Positions 11,380 to 20,549 of a stretch of DNA of 64,000 bases are shown here, piece by piece (position 1 is the stretch's first letter; every line of letters starts with the position of its first letter). Location: NCBI GenBank assembly GCA_963752595.1, contig CAVVYZ010000022.1, positions 96,001 to 160,000 on the forward strand. Direction: 5' to 3'. The notes below the pieces were generated by a model. It did no database searches. It saw only the letters and a list, made by a program, of their open reading frames with translations, and had not been told where the DNA came from. The translations under genes and the position numbers were made by a program. This DNA comes from an uncultured delta proteobacterium (GTDB taxonomy: Bacteria; Desulfobacterota; Desulfomonilia; UBA1062).

Positions 11380-11646
11380 TCATATCCAATATACTTTTTC
11401 ACCTTTCCCCTTTTTTTCATCGTAGATCTTCCTGGCTTCTTCATGGTCATAGATCTTTTCAGGAGCGCCCAGGATCAGATAACTGCCGCATTCAGCATTG
11501 GGACAGCCTGCCCTTACCCATTTGAAAACCAGGGCGGCGCGTTCCACGGAAGGCTCCATCTCCGACCAGAAAACTTCGCTTCCGCATCCCTCGCACTTGA
11601 AATAATGCACTGGGGTTCCGTCTTTTTTTTCCGGATCGATTTCCAT
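11380..11646 (-). CDS. Small hypothetical Zn-ribbon protein
   Basis: 88 aa with CEGC and CPNAEC; RBS GGGAGG; homologous to 12167..12403. Confidence 0.75.
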   Translation of the reverse strand: MEIDPEKKDGTPVHYFKCEGCGSEVFWSEMEPSVERAALVFKWVRAGCPNAECGSYLILGAPEKIYDHEEARKIYDEKKGKGEKVYWI

Positions 11647-11672
11647 GAGACCTCCCTTCCCGGGAAAAATGT

Positions 11673-11987
11673 TTACTCTTCTCCTGCCCCTGCCCTCAGG
11701 AAAACCGGAGGGACTCTGCAGGGCCTGATGTCGATCTTCTCCCAGACCTTTCCGGTGACATACGGCTCGGTCCGCAAGTACTCATCGAGAGCACGGCGCG
11801 AATCAAAATCATAGACGACTATCGAGCCTATCATAGAACCGCTGCCATCGAGCAGGGCTGCTCCGTAGAGCGCCTTACCCTGAGCCTTGAGCCGTTCTAT
11901 GGATAGAAGATGACGATCGCGTACCGCCATCCTTCTCAAAGGTGCCTCTTCATCAATGCCATCGTGTGCAATGACAAGAAAGTGCAT
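11673..11987 (-). CDS. YciI family protein
   Basis: MHFLVIAHD..RMAVRDRHL, GAALL, GSIVVYDF and EPYVTGKVW motifs. Confidence 0.9.
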   Translation of the reverse strand: MHFLVIAHDGIDEEAPLRRMAVRDRHLLSIERLKAQGKALYGAALLDGSGSMIGSIVVYDFDSRRALDEYLRTEPYVTGKVWEKIDIRPCRVPPVFLRAGAGEE

Positions 11988-12166
11988 GACAGCCTCTCCT
12001 CTTCCAGATACGATCAATGTTCTTAAGATGTCCTGTTTATTCTCCCAGGTTCATTCTTGCAAGAATGATTTTCACCGGATGCAAGGGGGTATGCTGCATT
12101 ATCTTTGCCCACTCCGGTTTGATCAACCATAAAAAGGGCGCATGGACTGAACTGATGGCTGCACGC

Positions 12167-12403
12167 TCATGTCTGCCAGTAAATCCTGTTTTTTTGATCG
12201 GCCAGAAGTTTTATATAAACCCTTCGTGCTTTATCCATTGAAACATATGTTTCTTCCGGAAAAAGGGATATCGTACGGTTACAGCTCGGATTCGGACATT
12301 TACCCGTATAGAGGGGAGACCGGGGGAAATTCTGAAACCTTGCAAAAAACTTAGTCTTACATCCCTGGTGATCGAACAGGGCAATGGATTTCCCTTCCCT
12401 CAT
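12167..12403 (-). CDS. Small hypothetical Zn-ribbon protein
   Basis: 78 aa with HQGC and CPNPSC; RBS GGGAGG; homologous to 11380..11646. Confidence 0.75.
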   Translation of the reverse strand: MREGKSIALFDHQGCKTKFFARFQNFPRSPLYTGKCPNPSCNRTISLFPEETYVSMDKARRVYIKLLADQKNRIYWQT

Positions 12404-12612
12404 GGTTTGCCTCCCTTTTGCAATATTGAAAAGAACTATCTTACGAATGAATAGTAAGCAGAATAGTTATTCCATCAAGAACCCCGGAGCCTCCTTTATT
12501 CGGGGTAATTCAAAAGTATTCCGGCAGGTCTCCTTGCTGCTGACTGTTTTTGAATCATGCTGCAGAGGCAATGTTCAGGGGAGGATCAATTTGTTCTATT
12601 TGTCGGAAGGGA

Positions 12613-12942
12613 TTAAGACAAGATCTTGAGAAGAAAGAAGTGCCTGTCGATTATCTCGTAGTTCCCGGTTTCCTGGCACCATGCAAAAGCCTCCTCCTCG
12701 CTTATGGGCCGGATGCTCGAACCGCCGAACCACATCTCTGAATTTCGAGAGGATTGAAACCGGGAATAAAGGCCGCCCCGGGTGTAGAGGAAATAGTTTC
12801 CCTTCCCTGTCCTATAGAGGATTTCAGTTTCCCGCATGAAACTGCCGGATACTTCTCCAGGATTCCATTCCGCCAGCCTTTCGGATCCTGAGAGGTTGTA
12901 TTCGTCCTCATCCATATATTCCCGGTCATTCTGCTGGATCAT
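12613..12942 (-). CDS. Hypothetical protein resembling small mobile-element/phage-type proteins
   Basis: 109 aa with E.LYRTGKGNYFLY..GG and IRPISEEEAFAW pattern. Family resemblance is from recall only. Confidence 0.65.
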   Translation of the reverse strand: MIQQNDREYMDEDEYNLSGSERLAEWNPGEVSGSFMRETEILYRTGKGNYFLYTRGGLYSRFQSSRNSEMWFGGSSIRPISEEEAFAWCQETGNYEIIDRHFFLLKILS

Positions 12943-13087
12943 CAGACATGATTGCCATAAAACCTTTTGATAATCAAAAGATAATTATACCCGCTAGTGA
13001 TTCTCATAAGAATCACAGGCACAGTACAGTAAAAAGAAAGCCTTTATTTTGCATGCATGAATTTAAGAGGTCATTGTGTTATGCGGG

Positions 13088-13114
13088 AACTCCCCAGGCC
13101 CGGCCTGGGGAGTT
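13088..13114. terminator. Strong hairpin, probable terminator of the 13641-13167 minus-strand unit
   Basis: AACTCCCCAGGCC-C-GGCCTGGGGAGTT, perfect 13-bp inverted repeat. Confidence 0.6.
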
Positions 13115-13166
13115 GCTTCCGTAGTCAAAGGCGTGCGAGTACAAGAGAGTCCGGTTCTCTTTCTGA

Positions 13167-13400
13167 TCAATCGACGCGGAGGCAAATCATGGTGTAACTT
13201 TTCTTTGGGCCTATCGTGGGATGATTGAACTGTAACCCGGCTTCATCAGGAGTGAACCCAGCATCCAAACACATATCCTTAATCTTTTCCCTGCATCGGA
13301 GGATAACCCAGAAAAGCTGCTCCTGAAGTTCATTGAGGGTCTTTTCAGATATCTCCCTTTCTTTGACCGCAGGATTCACCAGATTTACCGGCCTCTTCAT
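13167..13400 (-). CDS. Hypothetical protein
   Basis: Start MKRPVNL after RBS AGGAG; directly follows the upstream ORF. Confidence 0.55.
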   Translation of the reverse strand: MKRPVNLVNPAVKEREISEKTLNELQEQLFWVILRCREKIKDMCLDAGFTPDEAGLQFNHPTIGPKKSYTMICLRVD

Positions 13401-13416
13401 CTGATTCAATCTCCTG

Positions 13417-13641
13417 CTACTTTGCCTGTTCAATGAGTTCATCGATATTGTTCCCATTAAATTTTCCTCTCAACACAAATTCGTTTATTTTGCCGACGTC
13501 TGCCCCACCTTCGACTGCCGCATTGAGCCTTTCAAATTTTCTCTTGACAATTTCAAGCTTTCCAGCATTGACAACTCTCCTGATCAGATGAAAAACCTCT
13601 TCATCACTCCACCATGATTTATCTTTTGATTGATCGCTCAT
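13417..13641 (-). CDS. Hypothetical protein (74 aa)
   Basis: Start MSDQSK after a strong RBS AGGAGGT. Confidence 0.6.
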   Translation of the reverse strand: MSDQSKDKSWWSDEEVFHLIRRVVNAGKLEIVKRKFERLNAAVEGGADVGKINEFVLRGKFNGNNIDELIEQAK

Positions 13642-14029
13642 GGTCCAAAAACCTCCTAAAAATAACTTCATTAATTTGATGAATAGTAACACAAATAATA
13701 ATGTTAATTAATAAAGTTATTGTTTTAATAATATATTATGAGGTGTTTTGAACATCTCAAGGCTTGATGATAAATTAAATTTAAATTAATAATTAAATTA
13801 GTCTATTACAATGATTAAAATACGGAAATAGGCTCGATTCCACGATCGGGGAGCACTTCCGGAATCTCTGAAATTCCTTGGTGAAGGCCATTCTCAATAC
13901 GCTTTAATTTATGACCACATGCATCAAGCGGAAGGGAAGAGAAAACAAATAAATGTAACAACTTTATTTATAAATCATGGAACTTTCATCAGAGGGATCA
14001 TTGATTAATTACAGGAAAGATTTACTACA

Positions 14030-14209
14030 ATGCTTATGAAGATAATAAGACGTTCTCAGTATACGATGAGACTCGATAGCAATATAATGAAAAAGGTAAA
14101 AATCCTGGCGATAGAAGAGGGCAAGAAGGCCAATAGCCTTATTGAGGAAGCTCTTCTGGAATACTTAAAAAAACATGAGAGCGAATACCTTCATTATGAC
14201 AGGGCTTAA
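14030..14209 (+). CDS. Ribbon-helix-helix (CopG/Arc/MetJ-like) protein, 59 aa, not in the ORF track
   Basis: Manual translation MLMKIIRRSQYTMRLDSNIMKKVKILAIEEGKKANSLIEEALLEYLKKHESEYLHYDRA fits the strand-helix-G-helix RHH pattern. Confidence 0.75.
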   Translation: MLMKIIRRSQYTMRLDSNIMKKVKILAIEEGKKANSLIEEALLEYLKKHESEYLHYDRA

Positions 14210-14416
14210 TGCAAGGATGGGAATGATGCCCCCTTTTTCTCTCATGATATCCTCTTTGTGCCGCTCATTTTTAAAAGATAGTATGTCCTTTTCCAGGTGC
14301 AGGCAGGAATAGAACGGGACAGGTTATTCCCTTGTCGGGGGGAAAAGGTACATAAGAAGGAATTGTGCGTCTTTAAAGCCTATCACTGATGAAATGTTTC
14401 AGTAAGGAGGATTCCT

Positions 14417-14611
14417 ATGGTGGATCAGTCCATGGAATTTGTTGAGGTACAGGCTTTCAAGGGGAGTCATAAGGTGTACTTCAAACCGACTGGCGAAATC
14501 CTTGATACCTTCATGAACCGGTGGGATGCATTACGGGTCGCGCATGCAGTGGAAAAAGCCCTGCAGTCGATGCACGTGAGAAACGACTCGATAGGGTCAC
14601 GTTGCTTGTGA
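14417..14611 (+). CDS. Hypothetical protein (64 aa)
   Basis: Strong RBS AAGGAGG just upstream of the ATG. Confidence 0.6.
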   Translation: MVDQSMEFVEVQAFKGSHKVYFKPTGEILDTFMNRWDALRVAHAVEKALQSMHVRNDSIGSRCL

Positions 14612-14700
14612 GTCGAGCACGGTGCGACCCGGATTAACCGCAGGGCCGTCGTAACAGCAAAGTCCGGCTTTAAGGCTCCATATCCTCCGGATGGCAGCTC

Positions 14701-14922
14701 TCATTCAAACCGGCCCAGGTGACAATCGGGTTTTTGCTCAGTTACGGTCGCACCGGCCTCCTGGAGGGTTGCATCCTTGGAAAAAGAAAGGAGGATGGTT
14801 CCCGGCTCGTATTCTATCCGGGATGCTGTCCCCGGGGCTGATCCGGAGCTTTCCTTATTACATCCGGAAATATATGCAGAAACGACGGCAATAAGAAAGA
14901 ATACCGTGAGACTTCGTCTCAT
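14701..14922 (-). pseudogene. Short lipoprotein, possibly a truncated S8-peptidase-prodomain-like remnant
   Basis: Signal peptide with lipobox ISGC, then YEPGTILLSF; stops after 73 aa. Confidence 0.4.
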
Positions 14923-15019
14923 AAAATTTATGAACTCTCCCGATTACAACATCTATATCATTATAAGTAATTAATATTTAATCATTTATTTCTCAAGAAA
15001 GAGAAAGTTTTCAGATATA

Positions 15020-15094
15020 TGGAGCCAGCGAAGGGGGTTGAACCCTTGACCTGCTGATTACGAATCAGCTGCTCTACCACTGAGCTACGCTGGC
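15020..15094 (-). tRNA. tRNA-Thr (CGT)
   Basis: Reverse complement GCCAGCGTAGCTCAGTGGTAGAGCAGCTGATTCGTAATCAGCAGGTCAAGGGTTCAACCCCCTTCGCTGGCTCCA folds as a cloverleaf with encoded CCA. Confidence 0.97.
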
Positions 15095-15245
15095 ACCGCA
15101 GACTTTTTTGACATATACCCGGGCATTGTCAATGGGATAGGCCATATTTCTATGGATGCATTTCCAAAGGTCAAATCCTTACAGAAAGAGTCGTAAAAAG
15201 AACCCATTAGGAGAATTTCTTTTTCCCCAGATGAAAAGATAAGGG

Positions 15246-15988
15246 CTACAGGATCTGCCTCATGAACTGCTGGGCCCGCTCATGGGTGGGGTTCTTGAAG
15301 AAATGCTCGGGCGAGCCCTCTTCCAGGATCTTGCCGTAGTCCATGAAGATGACCCGGTCGGCCACCTCGCGGGCAAAGCCCATCTCGTGGGTGACCACGA
15401 TCATGGTCATGCCTTCCTTGGCGAGCTTCACCATGACATCCAGCACCTCGCCGATCATCTCGGGATCAAGGGCGGACGTGGGCTCGTCGAAGAGCATGAG
15501 CCTGGGCTGCATGGCAAGCGCCCGGGCAATGGCGACGCGCTGCTGCTGGCCGCCGGAGAGCTTCGTGGGGTAGACGTTCGCCTTCTCGCGGATGCCCACC
15601 TTGTCCAGAAGCGCCATTGGCGATCTCTTCCGCCTCCTGCCTTGGAGCGCTTGCGCACCACGATCTGGGCCAGGGTGAGGTTCTCGAGCACGGTCTTGTG
15701 GGGGAAGACGTTGAACTGACTGGAACACCATGCCCACCTCTTCCCTGACCTTGTTGATGTTGGTCTCGTGGTCGTTGATCTCGAAGCCGTCCACGATGAT
15801 GGTGCCGGCATTGATTTCTTCGAGCTTGTTGATGGAGCGCAGCAGCGTGCTCTTGCCCGAGCCTGAAGGCCCGATGATGACGACCTTCTCTCCGTCGTAC
15901 ACATCGAGCGATACGTCGTCCAGGGCCTTGAGCGTGCCGAAGTACTTGGCCACGCCCTTCATCTCGACCATCTTGCGGCGGTTGTCAT
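15246..15988 (-). CDS. Polar amino-acid ABC transporter ATP-binding protein (GlnQ-like), with frameshifts
   Basis: [23 protein letters not shown] and [11 protein letters not shown] motifs. The segment [13 protein letters not shown] lies in another frame. Confidence 0.92.
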
Positions 15989-16790
15989 TCTGCACTGATC
16001 TTCTCCTCCATGATGCTGATGAGCTTTGAGAGGAACAGCGTGATGATGAGGTAGACCAGGGCCACCACCGTGTAGGTCTCGAAGTAGGTGAAGCTCTCCG
16101 ATGCATACTCCCTGCCCCGCCTCAGGAGATCGGCAACCGCAAGGATGGAAACGAGGGATGAGTCCTTGAGCAGGGCCACGAATTCGTTTCCCACGGGCGG
16201 CAGGATGGTCTTGAATGCCTGGGGCAGGATGACATGATACATGGACTGCGCGGGTGTCATGCCCAGGGAACGGGCCGCCTCGGTCTGCCCTTTGGGGATG
16301 GACTGGATGCCTGCCCTGAAGATCTCTCCCATGTAGGCGCCGTAGCATATGGCCATGGCGAGCACCGCGCTCGGCAATGGCGGCATCTGGACGACGCGGC
16401 CCAGGGCGTAATAGATGTAGAAGAGCTGGACGAGCAGCGGGATGCCCCGGATCACCTCCACGTAAAGCGAGGCGATGCCGTTGATGAGCGGGTTCTTCGA
16501 AATCCTGCCCAAGCCCGTGAAAAGGCCGATCACAAGGGCCAGGATGATGGACAGCACCGTGACCTCGAAGGTGACCAGGATCCCGTCCGGGACGAACTGC
16601 ATGATGTCGAGATACGGATCCTTCTTGAAAGATCGCGAGGTATGCAATAATGGCGATGGCGCCGAAGAAGGCCACCCTCCAGGCCGTAAAGAGGCCGATA
16701 TCTTCCTTTGTGGGGATGGCGGCACCATCGCCTACATCGATAGAAACCTTCTGAGTATCTTCGAGTATCTTCTCTCTTTTGCTTTATCTC
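15985..16790 (-). CDS. Polar amino-acid ABC transporter permease; N-terminus frameshifted, start approximate
   Basis: [36 protein letters not shown] and LLKDSSL motifs. Confidence 0.9.
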
Positions 16791-17546
16791 AGCCACTTCT
16801 TCTCAAGCTGCTTGTCGATGCCTTTTGCCTGGACAGCCTTGATGCCCTTGTTGAGCAGGTCCAGCAGTTCCTTGTTGCCCTTCTTCACCACGATGCCGTA
16901 GCTCTCCTTGGTGAAAGGCTTGCCCACGATCATGAACTTTGCTTTGTATTCTTTCCTCTGGAGCGCGTAGTCTGCAGCTACAGGAGTATCGCACACAACG
17001 CCCTCGATCCTGCCGGCTGCCATGTCCTCGAAAGCGAGGCCGATCTCATCGTAGTTCTTACCCTCGACTCCTGCAACCTTCTTGATCTCCATGGCGCCGG
17101 TGGTCCCGATCTGGGCTCCGACCTTCTTGCCTTTCATGTCGGCAAGGGAGGATACGCCTTTGAGTGTCTTGGGGGACGGTAAGCACCTGGCCGGCATTGA
17201 TGTAGGGAAGAGAGAAATCAAAGTTCTTTTTCCGCTCGTCATTGATGGTCACGGATGAGATGACTGCATCATACTTACCCAGTTTCAGCCCCTCGAAAAT
17301 TCCATCCCATGCCGTATTCTTGAACTCGACATTGAAACCTGCCTCTTTGGCAACGGCGCTTAGGAAGTCGATATCAAACCCGACAATTTTTTTGTTCGTA
17401 TTCACCATCTCCATGGGGGGCCATGTTGCGTCGGTGGCCACAACGATCGTTTTCTTCCCGGCAGCGGATGCCTGCCCGGATACAAAAACACCCAGGAACA
17501 CAGCGATTGCTAGAACAGCGACAAAAAGAGACCTGGCATTTCTCAT
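16784..17546 (-). CDS. Polar amino-acid ABC transporter substrate-binding protein, frameshifted near 17180
   Basis: Signal peptide, ATDATWPPMEM, GFDID and ISSVTINDER; second frame carries VGAQIGTTG and ESYGIVVKKG. Confidence 0.9.
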
Positions 17547-17781
17547 AGATTCCCTCCCCTTATAAAGTGGAAAAACTTGGCTATTCACTAATGCTTCGAA
17601 TGTTGAGTAACACAATTTCAACCCCACGTCCAGAGCAGAGAAGGATTTTAGATTCATTTATCAAAAGCATATGATGAAGGGCTTGAATGCCTTGGGAAAA
17701 TGGCTGTCGATCAATTTTATTGAACCTGGGATTTATCCTCGTGCATATTTCATAGTAGAAAATTTCATGAAGGTATTTTTC

Positions 17782-17810
17782 TTGACAAGAAACGGTTGTG
17801 GGCTTATCTT
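17782..17810 (+). promoter_or_regulatory. Sigma70-type promoter of the TetR gene
   Basis: TTGACA-17 bp-TATCTT, followed by a weak palindrome TGAA-N6-TTCA at 17818-17831 (possible operator). Confidence 0.55.
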
Positions 17811-17856
17811 TCCGGATTGAATAAAATTTCAGATTATCCTTTAATGTAGGTACATT

Positions 17857-18517
17857 ATGACGACCAAAGGGTCAGAAAAAAGAAAAGAAGAAACAAAAGA
17901 AAAAATAGTTGCTGCTGCGTGCGAGCTTTTCAGCAAGTACGGCTACCACAACACGCAGGTGATGGATATCGTCAAGGCCGTGGGGATGTCTGCCGGAACA
18001 TTCTACAATCATTTCCGCGACAAGAAAGACCTCTACCGGCAGCTTACCCTCGAAAGCCTCGAGAGTCTCAGACTGCACGTGAAAAAAATGCGGGAGCCTG
18101 TCGATATCTGGAACCCGAATGAAAGAAGCCAGATCTTGAACGAGATGTTTAATGCAATCTTCGATTTTATCGATTCAAATCCCCAGCAGTTCCTTATGCT
18201 GCTGCGTGGTGGTTTCGGCGTAGACGAAGAGCTTGACTTCAGCATCTGGAATTACTTTATCGGTTTTGCAGAAGATGCGGGTGAGGACGTTCAGCGATGG
18301 ATGAGCGAGGGGGTAATCGAAGGAATTGACCCCATGCTCTTCGGACATGCCTGTGTCGGGATGTGCCTTCAGCTCATCCACAGCTACCTGGTCGAAAAGA
18401 GATTCTCCCGGGAGGATGTAATTAAGAACCTGATCCGGATGATCCTCGCCATGTTCGAATCACTACCTCACAGAAGAAGGTCGCAAGGCGCTGGAGTCTC
18501 AAATTACAGAAGGGTAA
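17857..18517 (+). CDS. TetR/AcrR family regulator; frameshift near 18460, true C-terminus probably YLTEEGRKALESQITEG
   Basis: HTH motif IVAAACELFSKYGY..DIVKAVGMSAGTFYNHFRDK. Confidence 0.9.
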
Positions 18518-18766
18518 AACCTCTCTATTCCCTTTGCTTACTCTTGCTCCCAAAGCCGGGCGAGTACGTCTTTCATGCCTTTGTCGAGGATATCCAGGTG
18601 GGCGGCCACATCCACATACCCTGTCTTCTTCATCCCGGGCCGCCAATATAGGAATAATTACACAATTGTCTCTTTGAGATTGATATAACTTGGTTTGTTG
18701 ACAATATCCTTGAAGATGGATACACCTATTGAAATACTAACTGATTATCGAACGAGGGGAGGAATC

Positions 18767-19582
18767 ATGAATATCATTTATGAAAAGCAAGGCCATATCG
18801 CGCGTGTCGGCCTCAACCGCCCGAAGCAGCTCAACGCCCTTGATCCCGGCATTCTCCTGGATCTCCACAATGCCTGGATAGATATCAACAATGACGATTC
18901 CATAAGGGTTGCCGTGCTCTATTCCTCGCTTCCCGGAATCTTCTGCTCGGGCATGGATCTGAAGACAGCCATCCCGGTCCTCACGAAAGCCCGGGAGCCG
19001 GAGAACGATGCCGAAAAATGGATCATCACCGGATGGGATGGTTCGGGCGGCGTTGCCGAGGCCATGCTCAAGGTCAGCTTTGTGAACAAGCCTGTCATCG
19101 CAGCAATCAATGGCTACTGCCTCACCGGAGGATTCGAGATGGTCATGGGGGCAGACTTGAGGGTCGCATCCACTGATGCAGTTTTCCAGATGCGGGAAGC
19201 AAGCCTCGGAATCATGCCCACGGGCGGGGGTAATGTCTTTCTCCCTCGGCATGTCTCTCCATGCAGGGCCCTGGAGATCCTGCTGACAGCCGGGAACTTC
19301 GATGCCCAGACCATGTACGAGTGGGGGTTCCTCAATCGCGTCGTACCCAAAGAAAAGCTCATGGACACAGCCATGGAGCTTGCAGAAAAGATCGCAGGCA
19401 ACGGCCCTCTTTCTACCCAGGGGATCATCCGCCTGTCCAGGGAAACGAGGATGATGGAGATGAGTGAGTCATTTAAAAAAGAAGTGGCGATCGGCATGCC
19501 CATCTTCGGGAGCGAAGATGCACGGGAAGGTGTCAGGGCGCAAAAAGAGAAGCGCAAACCCGATTTCCCGGGTAAATACTGA
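18767..19582 (+). CDS. Enoyl-CoA hydratase/isomerase family protein
   Basis: LNRPKQLNAL, FCSGMDL, KPVIAAINGYCLTGGFE, EASLGIMP and SEDAREG motifs. Confidence 0.93.
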   Translation: MNIIYEKQGHIARVGLNRPKQLNALDPGILLDLHNAWIDINNDDSIRVAVLYSSLPGIFCSGMDLKTAIPVLTKAREPENDAEKWIITGWDGSGGVAEAMLKVSFVNKPVIAAINGYCLTGGFEMVMGADLRVASTDAVFQMREASLGIMPTGGGNVFLPRHVSPCRALEILLTAGNFDAQTMYEWGFLNRVVPKEKLMDTAMELAEKIAGNGPLSTQGIIRLSRETRMMEMSESFKKEVAIGMPIFGSEDAREGVRAQKEKRKPDFPGKY

Positions 19583-19637
19583 TCTTTGGCTTCTGCCTGT
19601 TTTGTCACGCGCAGTTTCAAGAAATCAGCGGGCATCC

Positions 19638-20549
19638 ATGGATCGGTTTGCAAAGGCATCAGCCATGCTGGGATATTTCCTGAGGACGAGCGTTCTCGGG
19701 CAGCAGATCCCGCTCCTTGCAAGCATAAAGCTGACATACCGGTGCAACCTGGCCTGTTCCGGATGCCCCTTTCACCAGCGCGCAAGGATGCCCGGCTCTC
19801 ATATGAGCAAGGATAACGCCTTTCAGAGCCTGAATAGTCTGAAGCAGATGGGGTGCAACTTCATCGTGTTTGAAGGCGGTGAGCCGTTGCTCTGGAAAGA
19901 CGGGAGCTATACGTTCAGCGACCTTGTACATCATGCACGAAAGAATTTCTTGTGTGTCGGAGCGACAACCAACGGAACCATGCCCCTTGATGCTCCAACC
20001 GATGTACTCTGGGTGAGCATCGACGGGTTGAAGCCCACCCATGATGCCTTGAGGAGCAACTCATATGATGCAATCATGGCCAATATCCGCTCGTCCGGTC
20101 ATCAGAAACTCTTTGTGCACTATACGCTCAACACAAGGAACTGGCGTGATTTTGCCGCAGCCGCAGACATGCTTTCCTCCCTTGAGCAGATCAAAGGCAT
20201 CACCGTGCAATTCTTCTATCCTTATGAACAGGGAGAGGAGAACCTGAAGCTTTCACCCGAAGACCGCACGCAGGCGATACGGACAATCTTGAGCCTCAAA
20301 AGGCTCGGCTATCCCATCATGAACTCCGCGTGGAGCCTGAAGGCGATGATCCATAATACCTGGCAATGTCGCGACCGTCTCCTCGCCAATGTGGAACCGG
20401 ACGGGAACGTTTCCGTCGGATGCTATGTAAAAAACCGCGGAAACATAAAATGCCATGAGTGCGGGTTTACCCCTGTGGCCGAGGCATCCGGGGCCATGGA
20501 TCTTACCATCGGATCGCTCAAAGCGGGCTGGGATATTTTCCTCTCATGA
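19638..20549 (+). CDS. Radical SAM protein with Cys-rich C-terminal extension
   Basis: CNLACSGC, GGEPLL, TTNGT and SIDG motifs; C-terminal C..GC..CHECG. Confidence 0.88.
   Translation: MDRFAKASAMLGYFLRTSVLGQQIPLLASIKLTYRCNLACSGCPFHQRARMPGSHMSKDNAFQSLNSLKQMGCNFIVFEGGEPLLWKDGSYTFSDLVHHARKNFLCVGATTNGTMPLDAPTDVLWVSIDGLKPTHDALRSNSYDAIMANIRSSGHQKLFVHYTLNTRNWRDFAAAADMLSSLEQIKGITVQFFYPYEQGEENLKLSPEDRTQAIRTILSLKRLGYPIMNSAWSLKAMIHNTWQCRDRLLANVEPDGNVSVGCYVKNRGNIKCHECGFTPVAEASGAMDLTIGSLKAGWDIFLS

Noticed and set aside
11300-15094. Intact prophage or ICE at tRNA-Thr
   Set aside because: No integrase, structural or conjugation genes, and no duplicated tRNA 3' end was found.
18538-18633. Minus-strand 31-aa ORF MKKTGYVDVAAHLDILDKGMKDVLARLWEQE
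   Set aside because: No clear RBS or family. It could be a gene remnant but is unsupported.
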